Origin: Promethearchaeota archaeon
GTDB taxonomy: Archaea > Asgardarchaeota > Lokiarchaeia > Sigyniarchaeales > SOKP01
Direction: 5' to 3'
Assembly (NCBI GenBank): GCA_048940645.1
Contig: JBHLOI010000003.1
Coordinates: 32,001 to 96,000, forward strand
Length of the DNA stretch: 64,000 bases
Below, one piece after another: positions 1 through 10,914 of the stretch (its first letter is position 1; each line of letters starts with the position of its first letter). Under the pieces are notes generated by a model, which had not been told where the DNA came from, did no database searches, and was given only the letters and a program-made list of their open reading frames with translations. The translations under genes were made by a program, and so were the position numbers.

Positions 1-255
1 AGACAAAACTTAATTTTAGGACATACGCTTTATGGAGCAGTTTCTAAAGTAACAGATGTGTTTGGGAAAAATGTGGTTGATATTGTGTGGGAAGAAGTTA
101 AAAAAGTACCTAAAGGCGTAATGGAATTGGATAATAATAAATTTAGAGTATATTTTGATGAAAAAAAAGGTATGGTAGAAGCTGTTGAGGTATTAAAGGA
201 AAAGAAAGCGCCAAAACAAAACCTAAATCATGCATCTAAACAAAAAGAGGAATAA
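1..255 (+). CDS. 3' end of a hypothetical protein (5'-truncated by window edge)
   Basis: Frame 1 is open from base 1 (RQNLILGHTLYGAVSKVTDVFGK...) to TAA at 253-255, so the GTG at 58 is probably internal. Confidence 0.6.
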   Translation, partial: RQNLILGHTLYGAVSKVTDVFGKNVVDIVWEEVKKVPKGVMELDNNKFRVYFDEKKGMVEAVEVLKEKKAPKQNLNHASKQKEE

Positions 256-372
256 GTAGTGGTAGATAAGAAATCAAACGAAAGAAAGATATCCAAACAA
301 GTTAAATGGCAATTAACGAAAATTAAAATCACTAGAAGTTAACTTATTTTAAAAAATATAATAATAGAGAAT

Positions 373-1128
373 TTATAAGCTATAGAAATCATTATCTCTA
401 GGTTCTATTTCTTTAAGAGGTTGTTCTTCAGGTTCTTCAGATTCTTCGATTTCTGGTTCACTATCTTCAGATTCTTCAATTTCTGGTACATTATCTTCAG
501 ATTCTTCGATTTCTGGTTCTTTATCTTCAGATTCTTCGATTTCAGAAATTAATTTGTGTTCCATTTCTGGTTCCATCTTTTTTTCGAATTCAACTCTTTT
601 CTCGAGCTGTTCTTTAGGTTTATTCATTTTTTTTATTTTTTTTAATCCTTCTATTGCCTCTTTTCTAACAATAGGACTTCTATCTTTTAAGGCTTTAGTT
701 AATATATCAATTGAAATCGGATTATGTTTATTTCCTAATTCATCCGCAGCCTCTTTCCTTACCAAAGCATCAACATCGTTTAAGAGGATATAAGTTAAAA
801 TACCAAGTACCTCAGATTCTCCTAAATCTCCAATTGTATCAACAGCATCCCTCCGAACATCTGCATTCGGATCTGTCAAGGCTGTTTTTGCTAACTCTAT
901 TAAAGTTCTATCTGAATCTCCTAAGGGAACAATACTACTTAAATCGACTCCACAGAATTTACAAAAATTATGATTAATTTTAATAACTTTTCCACATACA
1001 GGGCAAATACGGTTAAGGGCAAAATCAATAGGGTTATCCTTTGGTTTCATAGGTTTTGGTGTATTTGCAGGAGGATTTCTTACTCTATAAGGATTTTCTC
1101 CTGATGGAGGATTATAATTTCTACCCAT
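373..1128 (-). CDS. Zinc-ribbon + HEAT-repeat protein with acidic repeat tail
   Basis: CPVCG..FCKFCG ribbon; three HEAT/PBS-like repeats (VRRDAVDTIG, VRKEAADELG, VRKEAIEGL); EIEESED repeats. Confidence 0.85.
   Translation of the reverse strand: MGRNYNPPSGENPYRVRNPPANTPKPMKPKDNPIDFALNRICPVCGKVIKINHNFCKFCGVDLSSIVPLGDSDRTLIELAKTALTDPNADVRRDAVDTIGDLGESEVLGILTYILLNDVDALVRKEAADELGNKHNPISIDILTKALKDRSPIVRKEAIEGLKKIKKMNKPKEQLEKRVEFEKKMEPEMEHKLISEIEESEDKEPEIEESEDNVPEIEESEDSEPEIEESEEPEEQPLKEIEPRDNDFYSL
434..543 (-). repeat. 30-bp coding tandem repeat, ~3.7 copies (EIEESEDxxP)
   Basis: Unit tatcttcagattcttcgatttctggttc recurs at 30-bp spacing. Confidence 0.95.
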
Positions 1129-1285
1129 TTTTTATTTTCTCACTTTTAATGAATATCTTTATCTTCTTTTAACTTATGATATATATTAATTATACACTTA
1201 ATTAAATTATTGTAGTCCAATGTTTATTTGAAAATCTAATAAAATAAAAAATAAGGAGTGAAAAAAATTTTATAAATAGGCTTTT

Positions 1286-2347
1286 TCATGCAATACTTAT
1301 ATCTTTACACAAATACACATCTTGAACTGCATTTAAAATTCTAATTCCTTCAGGTGTTGGTTTTTTAAATGCTTTTCTGCCTAGGATAAGTCCCATACCA
1401 CCAGAACGTTTATTGATGACAGCTGCTGTAACAGCATCTTGGAGATCGTTTCCTCCAGATTCTCCACCAGAATTAATAAGTCCAGCTCGTCCCATAAAAC
1501 AATTCGCCACTTGATAACGATTCCATTCAATTGGATGATCGGTTGCCAATTTTTCATAAACAAGTTTATCTGTTTTCCCAAAATTTAAATCAAGGAATCC
1601 TCTATTAATAGTGGATAATTTTTGTTTTATAATATCGGCCTCAATTGTGACCCCTAGATAATTAGCTTGGCTTTCTAAATCATTTGCAGTATGATAATCC
1701 TTTTCATCTTTAATGAATTCTTCCTTATTTCTCAAATAGCACCAAAGGACACAAACTAGTCCTAATTCATGAGCATATCTAAATGATTCACTTATTTCTT
1801 GTATCTGGCGTCTGGATTCAAAAGAACCAAAGTAAATTGTAGCACCTACCGCAGCGGCACCCATATCAACAGCTTGTTCTACATTCGCAAAAAGAGTTTG
1901 ATCTGAAAGAGGGGGTTTTGTAAGTAATTCATTATGATTGATCTTCACTAAAAATGGGATCTTATGGGCATATTTTCTTGCAACTGAACCTAACACACCA
2001 AGAGTAGAAGCAACAGCACTACAACCTCCATTCATTGCTAATTTGATAATATTTTCAGGATCAAAATAAGATGGATTAACAGCAAAACTAGCTGACGCTG
2101 TATGTTCAATTCCTTGATCTACGGGTAATATTGAAAGATAACCTGTCCCTGCTAATCTTCCTCTTTGATTAAACAATCGTTCCATATTATTTAGTACTAG
2201 GTTATTCCTATCAGAATGTGCTACAATCCGTTCAATAAAATCTGGTCCGGGAGGATGAATTTGTGCTTTTGGAATTCCAGTACATACGTGATTTAATAAA
2301 TTATCTGCATCGGGACCCAATAAAGTTTTTATTTCATCAAAATTCAT
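1286..2347 (-). CDS. fbaB: Class I fructose-bisphosphate aldolase (DhnA/FbaB type)
   Basis: [43 protein letters not shown] (Schiff-base Lys), GLINSGG, GRKAF. Confidence 0.95.
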   Translation of the reverse strand: MNFDEIKTLLGPDADNLLNHVCTGIPKAQIHPPGPDFIERIVAHSDRNNLVLNNMERLFNQRGRLAGTGYLSILPVDQGIEHTASASFAVNPSYFDPENIIKLAMNGGCSAVASTLGVLGSVARKYAHKIPFLVKINHNELLTKPPLSDQTLFANVEQAVDMGAAAVGATIYFGSFESRRQIQEISESFRYAHELGLVCVLWCYLRNKEEFIKDEKDYHTANDLESQANYLGVTIEADIIKQKLSTINRGFLDLNFGKTDKLVYEKLATDHPIEWNRYQVANCFMGRAGLINSGGESGGNDLQDAVTAAVINKRSGGMGLILGRKAFKKPTPEGIRILNAVQDVYLCKDISIA

Positions 2348-2439
2348 AATAATATCATCTGACCTACTTTTTTAAATTTAAATTCATTTTTATGAATTAA
2401 AGTCTAAAAGTTTTTCTTAATTGATATTTTTTATCACAC

Positions 2440-2766
2440 GTGCCAGATGATTATAAAAATTCTGAAACCGTAGAAGAGATATGTAAAACTCTTGATGGAA
2501 ATAGATATTATCATGGTCTCTATTTGAAGGCTGTTAATCATCCAATCAGAAGAGAAATTCTTGAAGTTATAAATAAATCGAATAATATTTCAAGAAGTAA
2601 ATTATTTGAAATATTATTAGAAAATGAAGTAATAAATGATTTATCTGTTCTTGATTATAACATAGATTTTTTAATAAAGGCTTTATGTATTGAAAAAGAA
2701 GTAAGAAATGAAGAAATAATTTATAGCATTACCCAATCCGGGAAAGTTGTTGAATATCTAAAATAA
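2440..2766 (+). CDS. ArsR-like winged-helix protein
   Basis: KAVNHPIRREIL ... LDYNIDFL ... YSITQSG wHTH pattern. Confidence 0.7.
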   Translation: MPDDYKNSETVEEICKTLDGNRYYHGLYLKAVNHPIRREILEVINKSNNISRSKLFEILLENEVINDLSVLDYNIDFLIKALCIEKEVRNEEIIYSITQSGKVVEYLK

Positions 2767-2773
2767 AATATCT

Positions 2774-3229
2774 TTAAAATTCTTCTAAATATTTTTTATA
2801 GCAATTACAGCAAGGAATTCCAAAATTTAAATTTAAATTACTAAACTTAGAATCATTATAGTTCATGATACGGACAAGTATTTCTCTGATATTGTCTAAT
2901 TTTTCATTAAAGTAGAATTTCTTTAAATTAGAATAGTGATTAGTCTTTTTACATATTGGACATATAGAGTAGAATTCAATAAAGTTAAAAAATACTTTTT
3001 TCTCTTTTTTATTTAGGGATTCTAACTTTAAATCTGGGTTATTAATAATTATCTCTTTTAAATGATTTAATTCCTCGAGCATCTCATCCCGTAAAGGATT
3101 TGAGCGTCTTAGAGGGGAATTTGTAGATTTTTTTGTTTTAATATAATCGAAATCATCTAAATATTCTAAAGCGTCATTGAATAATATTAAATTGTTTTTT
3201 TTTAGTCTTTTAATTTTATCTTCACACAT
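2774..3229 (-). CDS. Hypothetical Zn-binding protein
   Basis: CPIC...H and GIPCCNC cysteine motifs. Confidence 0.7.
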   Translation of the reverse strand: MCEDKIKRLKKNNLILFNDALEYLDDFDYIKTKKSTNSPLRRSNPLRDEMLEELNHLKEIIINNPDLKLESLNKKEKKVFFNFIEFYSICPICKKTNHYSNLKKFYFNEKLDNIREILVRIMNYNDSKFSNLNLNFGIPCCNCYKKYLEEF

Positions 3230-3347
3230 TCTATCAGATAATCACAAATCAGTAGTTATTTAATATCTAAGAGATCTAGTATAGTTTCATTTTAAAATTT
3301 ATATTTATCTAAATTTTTTTTCAAAAAAAAACTCTTATAATTCTATT

Positions 3348-4631
3348 TTAAATAAAATGAAAGCTTTTTTCCTTTCGAGAAAAAATATCATCTTTTTTTT
3401 TGTCCTTCAGCCTTCTGATATCCATTACTTTTGAGGATGCAAAATATTCAAAATCAAAATCTACTTCATCACCACCTTCCCTGCCAGGGATCGGCATTAA
3501 TCGTGCAGTTAAAGGTTTATCAAATTTAATTGAAATGGTAGAGAGGTCTAGTAAAATATAAAAGAGCTCTTTTTGAGTAATATTTCCAGGTAAAGGAACA
3601 CAGTCAAGACCTGTTCCACAGATTGTTGCATATAAGAGAAGAGTATCTAAATCCAATTTATTTTCTGAGAGACTCTGAGAAATAGTAAAGTCTTCTAAAA
3701 CAGAGGGCATAAATCCAGAAAAGCCAATTACTTTCTCTTTTCTTGGAATTGCATTTTTAATTAATGCAACTCCTATTAATGAGCCATGAGCTCCAAAATA
3801 TTCATATCCTAATTTTTCAAAAGCAGTACCTATACTTTTTTCAATAGTTGGATAAGGTGCTGGAGAAAAATCGATTCCATGAAATTCAATATTATATTTT
3901 TTTGGTATTTCCTCACAAATAACTGTTAGATCATTGTAAATTTCATTAAACCTTTTTCTCAGATTCATTTGAGCTTCTTCTAATGTTTTGGAATTTTCAA
4001 AAACAGAAACTACTTCATCTGCCATTTCAAGGGCAACTCCAAACGAGGGCCTTTCAGCAAGATGGTATGCCGCAGGGAAGAAAGGAGTATCCGGAGTTAC
4101 ATTAGAACTTACACAAAATTTTAAATTATTAAAAGGATCAGGTTCAGAGAGACTTTTTATAATTTTGGAAGCAGATCTTAAAGCAGAGAGATTTATTCCA
4201 TGATCTCTTGACGCAACTTGTAATGAAGTAAAAAATTTTTCCTTTCGTTTAATAAATTGAGGAACTTCATTTAGAAAGAGCTTCTCATATACTCCATATT
4301 TTTGTATTTGTATATCAGCGAGAACCGTACAAGCGGCAAAATAATCAATTTCATATTCTTTTATTAATCTCTCAATTATACTCAACTGATCATGAATTCG
4401 TGTTAATGTCTCATTTAAATTTTTTTCATAAACTTGTTGTTCATAAGATAAAATTGGTTGGGAGCATAAGCGCTTAGTTTGAACTTCAAAATTTACATCG
4501 TTAAATTTCTTCGTTAAATCACTGTTTAGTGAGTAAAATGCTTCAAGTTTTCCTTCTAATATATTTTCCAAAACTTTATCTTCTGCTAAAAATGGTATTT
4601 TTTGACCAATAGTAATTGCTCGAATCTTCAT
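3348..4631 (-). CDS. DUF711 family (PFL-like) protein
   Basis: MKIRAITIG start, TPFFPAAYH, GIDFSPAP, GFSGFMPSVLED, ICGTGLDCVPLPG, KPLTARLMP. Confidence 0.85.
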   Translation of the reverse strand: MKIRAITIGQKIPFLAEDKVLENILEGKLEAFYSLNSDLTKKFNDVNFEVQTKRLCSQPILSYEQQVYEKNLNETLTRIHDQLSIIERLIKEYEIDYFAACTVLADIQIQKYGVYEKLFLNEVPQFIKRKEKFFTSLQVASRDHGINLSALRSASKIIKSLSEPDPFNNLKFCVSSNVTPDTPFFPAAYHLAERPSFGVALEMADEVVSVFENSKTLEEAQMNLRKRFNEIYNDLTVICEEIPKKYNIEFHGIDFSPAPYPTIEKSIGTAFEKLGYEYFGAHGSLIGVALIKNAIPRKEKVIGFSGFMPSVLEDFTISQSLSENKLDLDTLLLYATICGTGLDCVPLPGNITQKELFYILLDLSTISIKFDKPLTARLMPIPGREGGDEVDFDFEYFASSKVMDIRRLKDKKKDDIFSRKEKSFHFI

Positions 4632-4709
4632 TTTGTATAAATTTAATAAAATGTAATTATTTATTTTTAACTATTTAATAAGCTGATGATATCCAAATTT
4701 TAAATTAAT

Positions 4710-7109
4710 TTATAGCTCATCCAATTTAGCTTTCTCTTTAATCAATTCCTCTTTTATTATAGGTTTAGTAAATTCTCCCGGTTTTATTGGACCTAATTCT
4801 TCTAATTCTTTTTTAAAATCTATTATAACATTAGCAAATTTTTCACCCTCGCCCGCGGATATACTTGTGATTTTAACACGTTTTTCATGAATACCAGTTT
4901 GACCCAACATCTCTTTGATACTACCATATCGAGTTTTTGTTTTAAGAAAACCAGTATCATAATGGCAATCTTGCTCATGGCATCCAGCAATTAACACTCC
5001 ATCAGCGCCCAAAAAGAAACTTTCAAAAACTAAAGCAGGATCTAACATTGCAGTGCACATGACATGGATTACACGTATATTTGACGGATATGTTATTTTA
5101 CTTGTTCCTGCGAGATCTGCTCCGATATAAGAACACCAATTACATAAAAAGGCTAATATCAAGGGATAATCACTTTTTTCTTTACTTAAAGCCGTCCTTA
5201 TCTGGGTAGATATCTGGCCTTTTTTAAATCCTGGAATATAGAGAGCATCATTATGACACATAGCTGCACATGCGCCACAACCTGAACAATTAGCTTGAGT
5301 AAGTTTTACTTTGTTTCCTTCTATTTTTATAGCATTATAAACACAAATTTGTTCGCATAATCTACATAAATCACAATCTTTGACATTAAAATAGACAATA
5401 TGGGGATCGAGCTCTACATTACCTTTTGAAATTAAGGCAATAGTTTTTGCAGCAGCGCTTTCTGCTTGTGCTATACTGTTTGGAATATCTTTAGGGCCTT
5501 GAATTGCTCCAGCTAAAAAGATTCCATTTACCGATGTTTCAGAGGGTTTAATCTTTAAATGCTTCTCAAGTAAAAACCCATATGGATCCTGTGAAATGTT
5601 TAAAATTTTACTTATTTTATCAGTTCCTTGCGCAGGTTCCATTCCGACTGCTAAGACAACTAAGTCTGTTTCATTTTCAAATAATTTTCCTTCAATTACA
5701 TCTTCACCTCGTATGAGTAACTTTCCTTCTTCTGAGATATCACCTTTTACTATAGCAGATATATTACTTTTAATAAATCTAATTCCAAAATCTTCACGAG
5801 CTCTATTATAAAACTCTTCACAATTTTTTCCAACAGCTCTTATATCATTATAGTATATAGATACTTTAACCTCTGGATGCTCCTTTTTCAGTAAAATTGC
5901 TTCTTTTATAGCTAGATTACAACAAACCTGACTACAATAATCATGATGAATAGCTTGGTTTCGAGATCCAACACATAATACAAATGATACCTTATTTGGA
6001 TACTTTCCATTTGATGGTCTAAGAACTCTGCCTCGTGTGGGACCATCATTATTAAGTAACCGTTCCATTTGCATCGTTGTAATCACATCAGCATATTTAT
6101 TATAATTAAGTTCTCCAAGTAAACTAGGGTCAAATGTTTCAAATCCAGTTGCTACGATAATAGACCCAACTTTAAATTTTAATTCCTCTTCTTTTTGTTC
6201 AAAATCAATGGCATCTCTATCACATGCTTGAGCACATGCTTTACATCCTATACAATAATCTTCTAAAATATTTGGATAAAGTGGAATTGCTTGGGGATAT
6301 GAAATATCAATCGCTTTTCTTGGGAAAAATGTATCTTTTACATCAATAGGGCAAACTTCTCTACAAATATCAAAACAACCTACACAATTTTCCTCAACAA
6401 CGAATCGAGGCTTTTTGGTGATGGTTATATCAAAATTTCCTACATAACCTTCCACATTCTTTATTTCAGAATAAGTATAAAGCTCTATATTAGGATGATC
6501 ATTAACCTCACTCATTAAGGGACCTAAAATACAAATACTACAGTCTAAAGTTGGAAAAGTCTTATCAAAAAGAGCCATATGGCCCCCTATAGTTAAATTT
6601 CTCTCCACTAAGTATACTTTATATCCCGCTTCTGCAATAACTAAAGCTGCTTTTATTCCTGCAATCCCCCCTCCAATTATTAAACTAGAAGGTGTAATCC
6701 TCGAATATTTGACCTCTAGTGGCTCTAAAAGCCTAACTTGCTCAATTGCCATACTTATTTGATCAATTGCTTTTCTAGTCGCTTTTTCAGGCTCATTACT
6801 ATGTACCCACGAATTTTGCTCTCGTATATTGGCAAACGAAATAAGGAATCGATTTATACCAGCCTTTTCAATTGTTTTTCTAAATAATAATCCATGCAAT
6901 TTAAATGAACATGCAGCAATTACAACGCGATCAATCTTATTCTCCTTTATTTCTTCAATAATCTTTTTTAAGCCAACCTCAGAACATAAATATTGGTCCC
7001 CAATCACATAAACATCTGGATATTTACGGAAATGGTCAATTAATTTGTTATTATCAATAACTCCACTAATATTTTTTCCACAATCACATATAAATAATCC
7101 AATTTTCAA
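4710..7109 (-). CDS. hdrA: Heterodisulfide reductase subunit A fused to a C-terminal MvhD domain
   Basis: KIGLFICDCG, ANIREQNSWVH, IGGGIAG, DKTFPTLDCSICI, CVGSR, ferredoxin motifs; C-terminal AFLCNWCSYIGAD..GCHEQDCHY..SAGEG (MvhD). Confidence 0.95.
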   Translation of the reverse strand: MKIGLFICDCGKNISGVIDNNKLIDHFRKYPDVYVIGDQYLCSEVGLKKIIEEIKENKIDRVVIAACSFKLHGLLFRKTIEKAGINRFLISFANIREQNSWVHSNEPEKATRKAIDQISMAIEQVRLLEPLEVKYSRITPSSLIIGGGIAGIKAALVIAEAGYKVYLVERNLTIGGHMALFDKTFPTLDCSICILGPLMSEVNDHPNIELYTYSEIKNVEGYVGNFDITITKKPRFVVEENCVGCFDICREVCPIDVKDTFFPRKAIDISYPQAIPLYPNILEDYCIGCKACAQACDRDAIDFEQKEEELKFKVGSIIVATGFETFDPSLLGELNYNKYADVITTMQMERLLNNDGPTRGRVLRPSNGKYPNKVSFVLCVGSRNQAIHHDYCSQVCCNLAIKEAILLKKEHPEVKVSIYYNDIRAVGKNCEEFYNRAREDFGIRFIKSNISAIVKGDISEEGKLLIRGEDVIEGKLFENETDLVVLAVGMEPAQGTDKISKILNISQDPYGFLLEKHLKIKPSETSVNGIFLAGAIQGPKDIPNSIAQAESAAAKTIALISKGNVELDPHIVYFNVKDCDLCRLCEQICVYNAIKIEGNKVKLTQANCSGCGACAAMCHNDALYIPGFKKGQISTQIRTALSKEKSDYPLILAFLCNWCSYIGADLAGTSKITYPSNIRVIHVMCTAMLDPALVFESFFLGADGVLIAGCHEQDCHYDTGFLKTKTRYGSIKEMLGQTGIHEKRVKITSISAGEGEKFANVIIDFKKELEELGPIKPGEFTKPIIKEELIKEKAKLDEL

Positions 7110-7254
7110 TTTAGAACCACTTAATACTGATGAATTTACGCAAACTTATGAGTAATATAAAATTGAGTATCTATTAATTATTGTTAATTAGTAATGTAAG
7201 ATAATTTTAACTTTTCCTAATTATAAAGAAATTAGAAAGTCTGCTTATTATTTA

Positions 7255-7863
7255 TTAAGCTAGTTTTTTAGCATTTTCAACCATTTCTTTTGGAAGAAAA
7301 GGATACACCTTTACTATATCAAAATTATGTTTTTTCATTTCAAAGAAATATTTCTTTTCGATTTTGTATTCTTTTTTCGCCCATTCTAAAATTTCTCCTC
7401 TCGTATAGAATTTTCCTTTTAATAAACGTAATCCTGGACATTTTTTTGAATATCTAACTAAATTTTTTTTATTAGTAACCATCATTTTCCAAAATGGGAA
7501 ACATCTGCATTGAAAAGGTCGCGCTTCATGAACGGTACATTTATTACCGATTAAAAAATGACAATGTTCATCATCTCCCGTAAATTTAAATCCCAAAGTG
7601 TAAAATTTATACGTTTTCCCTTTTGTTTCTTCTGGATTTTTCCAAAAAAAAGTGTCCTCAATCAATTTTAGATACTGTTTCGTAAATGATCTCAGTCCAC
7701 TTTCTCCCTTTAAACTAATATGATTTGCTAATCTTACTATATCCTCTTTATAAAGATAAACCTCGCCTTCTTTAAACCCTCTACAACAATCTCCGCACAT
7801 TTGACAAGAGAACTCGATACCATTTTCCAGAAACTTTGATAACTTAATCTCTGCTGATGTCAA
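7255..7863 (-). CDS. YkgJ family (CxxCxxCC) cysteine-cluster protein
   Basis: FSCQMCGDCC, CHFL..CTVHEARPFQCRCFPFW, CPG. Confidence 0.9.
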   Translation of the reverse strand: MTSAEIKLSKFLENGIEFSCQMCGDCCRGFKEGEVYLYKEDIVRLANHISLKGESGLRSFTKQYLKLIEDTFFWKNPEETKGKTYKFYTLGFKFTGDDEHCHFLIGNKCTVHEARPFQCRCFPFWKMMVTNKKNLVRYSKKCPGLRLLKGKFYTRGEILEWAKKEYKIEKKYFFEMKKHNFDIVKVYPFLPKEMVENAKKLA

Positions 7864-7976
7864 GGCAAACTTAATTCATTTAAAAATTAATTCTAATTAA
7901 TACATAAATATAGGAAAAATAAATTTAAAATTAAATATTAATTCATTGATTATTTACACAAAAAGGAGTTAAGTTA

Positions 7977-10226
7977 TTGGTTAAGACACTTATTTTAAAT
8001 AAAAAAAATAAATTTATTACGGAAGAAATAGTAAGTGAGTTAAATAAATTTGAAGATCTACTAGAAAGTAAGAATACTCCGCAAACAATCTATTATATTA
8101 AATGGTATAGAGATTTTGTTAAAATATATGGAAGTAAATATACAAATCTGCGTTTATATATATTATTTGCTTTACTTTATTTTTTAGGGTATCTATATAT
8201 CCTAAAATTTATCTTTAAATGCGATATTTTTTCTTACTTTGAAAAATTTAATATTAAAAAATTTGATAATTTACGTGATAAGATTAAGAATGATTATAAC
8301 GAGAAATTATTTCTTTTTGAGGATTATTTCAGTCCGTTTTTTGAAATGCTTGAAGATTTGAATCAAGATTCATATTCAAAATTCATTAACATTATAGACA
8401 AAGAGATTTTTGGATTGTCGATACCTAAGGATTACTTTTTTAACTTTTATATACAAAACTTTTTCTCGGATCTAATTAAGCATAAGTCTGGTGAGTTTTA
8501 TACTCCAAAATTTCTAGCCAAGAAAATGGTTGAAGAGAGCTATGAATTTGGAGAAAAAGTACTCGATCCTAGTTGTGGTTCAGCCAATTTTCTAGTTGAA
8601 ATTCTTAAAATCATAATTACTTCCAATAAGTCAGAAGAACAGAAAATAGCAGCGATAAATAACCTTAAGGGTTATGATATCAACCCAATTTCAATTTTTA
8701 TAGCTAAGATTAATTTTTTTTTGTTGTTAAAAGAAAAAATTTCAAAGATTAAATTCAATTTTTTTATGATAGATGCATTATTCCCATCAGAAACTATGCT
8801 AAAGGAAAAGTTTGATTTAGTAATTGGTAATCCCCCTTGGTATACATTAAGAGATATAGAATCAATTGAATTTCAGCATAAAGTAAAGCAATTAGCAGAA
8901 AAGCTAAAAATCAAACCACGACCAAAAAATGTTTTGAATATTGAGATTGCATCTCTTTTCTTTTATAAGGCAAAATTTGCGTATATGAAGGAGAATGCAA
9001 AGATCTTTTTTGTAATTACTAAAGGAATTGTAAGCGGATCTCATGCATCTCGTTTCCGTAGTTTTGAAGGATTTTCTGATATGAAAATGTGGCAATTCAA
9101 ACCTAATATAGAAAAAATATTTAATATTGATTTTATATGTTTATATGCTAAGAAATCAAAATCAAATCTCCTACATAAAAGATTTGAAATTCCAGTCTAT
9201 TTTTATAATATAGCAGAAAATCAAAGAAATATTAATTCTTTTGATGATTGCGATTTAACCTTGGAAAAAAAAGAATTCTTTATTCCTTATCATATTGAAA
9301 AAAGAAAAGATAAGTTTTATATTCATAAACTAGTGTCAAAAGAAGAGTATCAAAACCTAATAGTTTTCAAACAAAGTGAATATAAGAAACTATTTCATAA
9401 AGGGGCGGATTTAAATCCTAGAAATTTAATCTTCATCCAATATGAAAGGTTTAATAACTCTTTAGTTAAAATCAATCCTGACGAGAGAATATTTAAAAGG
9501 GCAAAAGCACCTTGGAATAATACAGAGTTTAGCAATGAGATTATTGAAAAACAATACATTTTTAAAGTTATTAAAAGTACTGAACTTGTTAAATTCTTTG
9601 TTTATAATTTTTATAATGTTTTTCTTCCGCTTTCAAAGGTGGATTTAAGCTTTCATTATTCAAAACTACCAAAATACGCTAAAAATTTTTATGATAAAAT
9701 TAATCTTATTTACTTAAGCCATAAAAAGGAGACTACTAAAAATAAATCATTGATGGATAATTTAAATCGTTGGTCAAAACTCATTAATCCGCGCCAAAAT
9801 GCTAAAATAAAAGTTGTATATAATAATTCAGGTTCAATTCTAAATTCTGCGGTGATTCAAGGAGATTATTTAATAACAGGAGATTTAAGTTTTTATAATG
9901 CAAAAAATGGAGAGGAGGCTTATTATCTATCAGCTGTTTTAAATTCACCTCTAATGAATAAACAAATTCGTATTAAAAAGAGTTCAAGGCACATATTCAA
10001 AATTCCATTTGAAAATCCTGTTAAAATATTTAATCCTGAAGATAAAAATCATAAAATGTTAGCAGAATTAGGTAAGAAGGGGCAGTTGATTTCAAAATCA
10101 ATCTATGAGACTCTAATTAAACAAGAGAAACTTATTCCTTCTAAATTAAAGATTCAAAAAAGTATTGAAAAAAAATTGAAACCTTTATTAAATGAAATTG
10201 ATGAAATCGTAATAAAAGAATTTTAA
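7977..10226 (+). CDS. N6-adenine DNA methyltransferase with C-terminal target-recognition-like region
   Basis: GEFYTP, VLDPSCGSANF (motif I), GYDINP, IGNPPW (motif IV); C-terminal YYLSAVLNS. Confidence 0.85.
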   Translation: MVKTLILNKKNKFITEEIVSELNKFEDLLESKNTPQTIYYIKWYRDFVKIYGSKYTNLRLYILFALLYFLGYLYILKFIFKCDIFSYFEKFNIKKFDNLRDKIKNDYNEKLFLFEDYFSPFFEMLEDLNQDSYSKFINIIDKEIFGLSIPKDYFFNFYIQNFFSDLIKHKSGEFYTPKFLAKKMVEESYEFGEKVLDPSCGSANFLVEILKIIITSNKSEEQKIAAINNLKGYDINPISIFIAKINFFLLLKEKISKIKFNFFMIDALFPSETMLKEKFDLVIGNPPWYTLRDIESIEFQHKVKQLAEKLKIKPRPKNVLNIEIASLFFYKAKFAYMKENAKIFFVITKGIVSGSHASRFRSFEGFSDMKMWQFKPNIEKIFNIDFICLYAKKSKSNLLHKRFEIPVYFYNIAENQRNINSFDDCDLTLEKKEFFIPYHIEKRKDKFYIHKLVSKEEYQNLIVFKQSEYKKLFHKGADLNPRNLIFIQYERFNNSLVKINPDERIFKRAKAPWNNTEFSNEIIEKQYIFKVIKSTELVKFFVYNFYNVFLPLSKVDLSFHYSKLPKYAKNFYDKINLIYLSHKKETTKNKSLMDNLNRWSKLINPRQNAKIKVVYNNSGSILNSAVIQGDYLITGDLSFYNAKNGEEAYYLSAVLNSPLMNKQIRIKKSSRHIFKIPFENPVKIFNPEDKNHKMLAELGKKGQLISKSIYETLIKQEKLIPSKLKIQKSIEKKLKPLLNEIDEIVIKEF

Positions 10227-10336
10227 CATCAAAATAATAGGGGAGTATTATATTAAAATATAAAATTGTTAATTTTCTTGTGTTATATTAAGAAAATTTA
10301 ATTTACATCCGATTTATAATAAAGTAAAGTCCCATA

Positions 10337-10861
10337 ATGATAATTAGAAACTTTGTTTTTAAGCTCCTTGTAGCTGGAAATGGCGGTGTGGGTAAAACAA
10401 CCTTACTTAGGAGATATGTAGATGGTATCTTTGATGAATCTACAATTACAACTATAGGAGTTGATTTCTTCTTAAAAGAAATGTCCTTGGAACAAGGAAA
10501 TTGCTCTTTACAATTATGGGATTTGGGAGGCCAAGAGCGTTTTAGACACCTGCTTTCAAACTTCATTATGGGTGCTCGAGGAGCTCTTCTTTTAATTGAT
10601 TTAACCAAAATGCCTCAAATGCCTCATATTTTGAATTGGGTAAACATGGTAAGATTGCATGATTTAGATCTACCAATTATTCTTGTCGGTACAAAATTAG
10701 ATCTTGAAGAAGCTATAACTGTTGATGATGAAACAGCTTTGGATATTAAAAATACCTTTAATATGCTTAAATTTATAAAAACATCTTCAAAAACAGGTTA
10801 TAATGTAAATCATGTATTTGAATGTATTGCAAAAGAACTGATGTTAAAAAGAAAATATTAG
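10337..10861 (+). CDS. Rab-like small GTPase
   Basis: G1 GNGGVGKT, TIGVDF, G3 WDLGGQERF, G4 TKLD, G5 TSSK. Confidence 0.95.
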   Translation: MIIRNFVFKLLVAGNGGVGKTTLLRRYVDGIFDESTITTIGVDFFLKEMSLEQGNCSLQLWDLGGQERFRHLLSNFIMGARGALLLIDLTKMPQMPHILNWVNMVRLHDLDLPIILVGTKLDLEEAITVDDETALDIKNTFNMLKFIKTSSKTGYNVNHVFECIAKELMLKRKY

Positions 10862-10914
10862 ATTATATGATGAATTACTTCCCATAATTATCTTATTTCT
10901 ATAATAGAATTATA

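Noticed and set aside
434-543. CRISPR array (also considered for 62035-62128)
   Set aside because: Contiguous in-frame coding repeats without unique spacers; no cas genes
4710-7109. Selenocysteine recoding in HdrA/MvhD (known Lokiarchaeal selenoprotein families)
   Set aside because: The ORF is uninterrupted and the relevant motifs (DCSIC, CNWC, GC..DCHY) use Cys codons
10337-10861. True prenylated Rab orthologue
   Set aside because: No hypervariable tail or C-terminal Cys motif; such Rab-like GTPases are already well known in Asgard archaea
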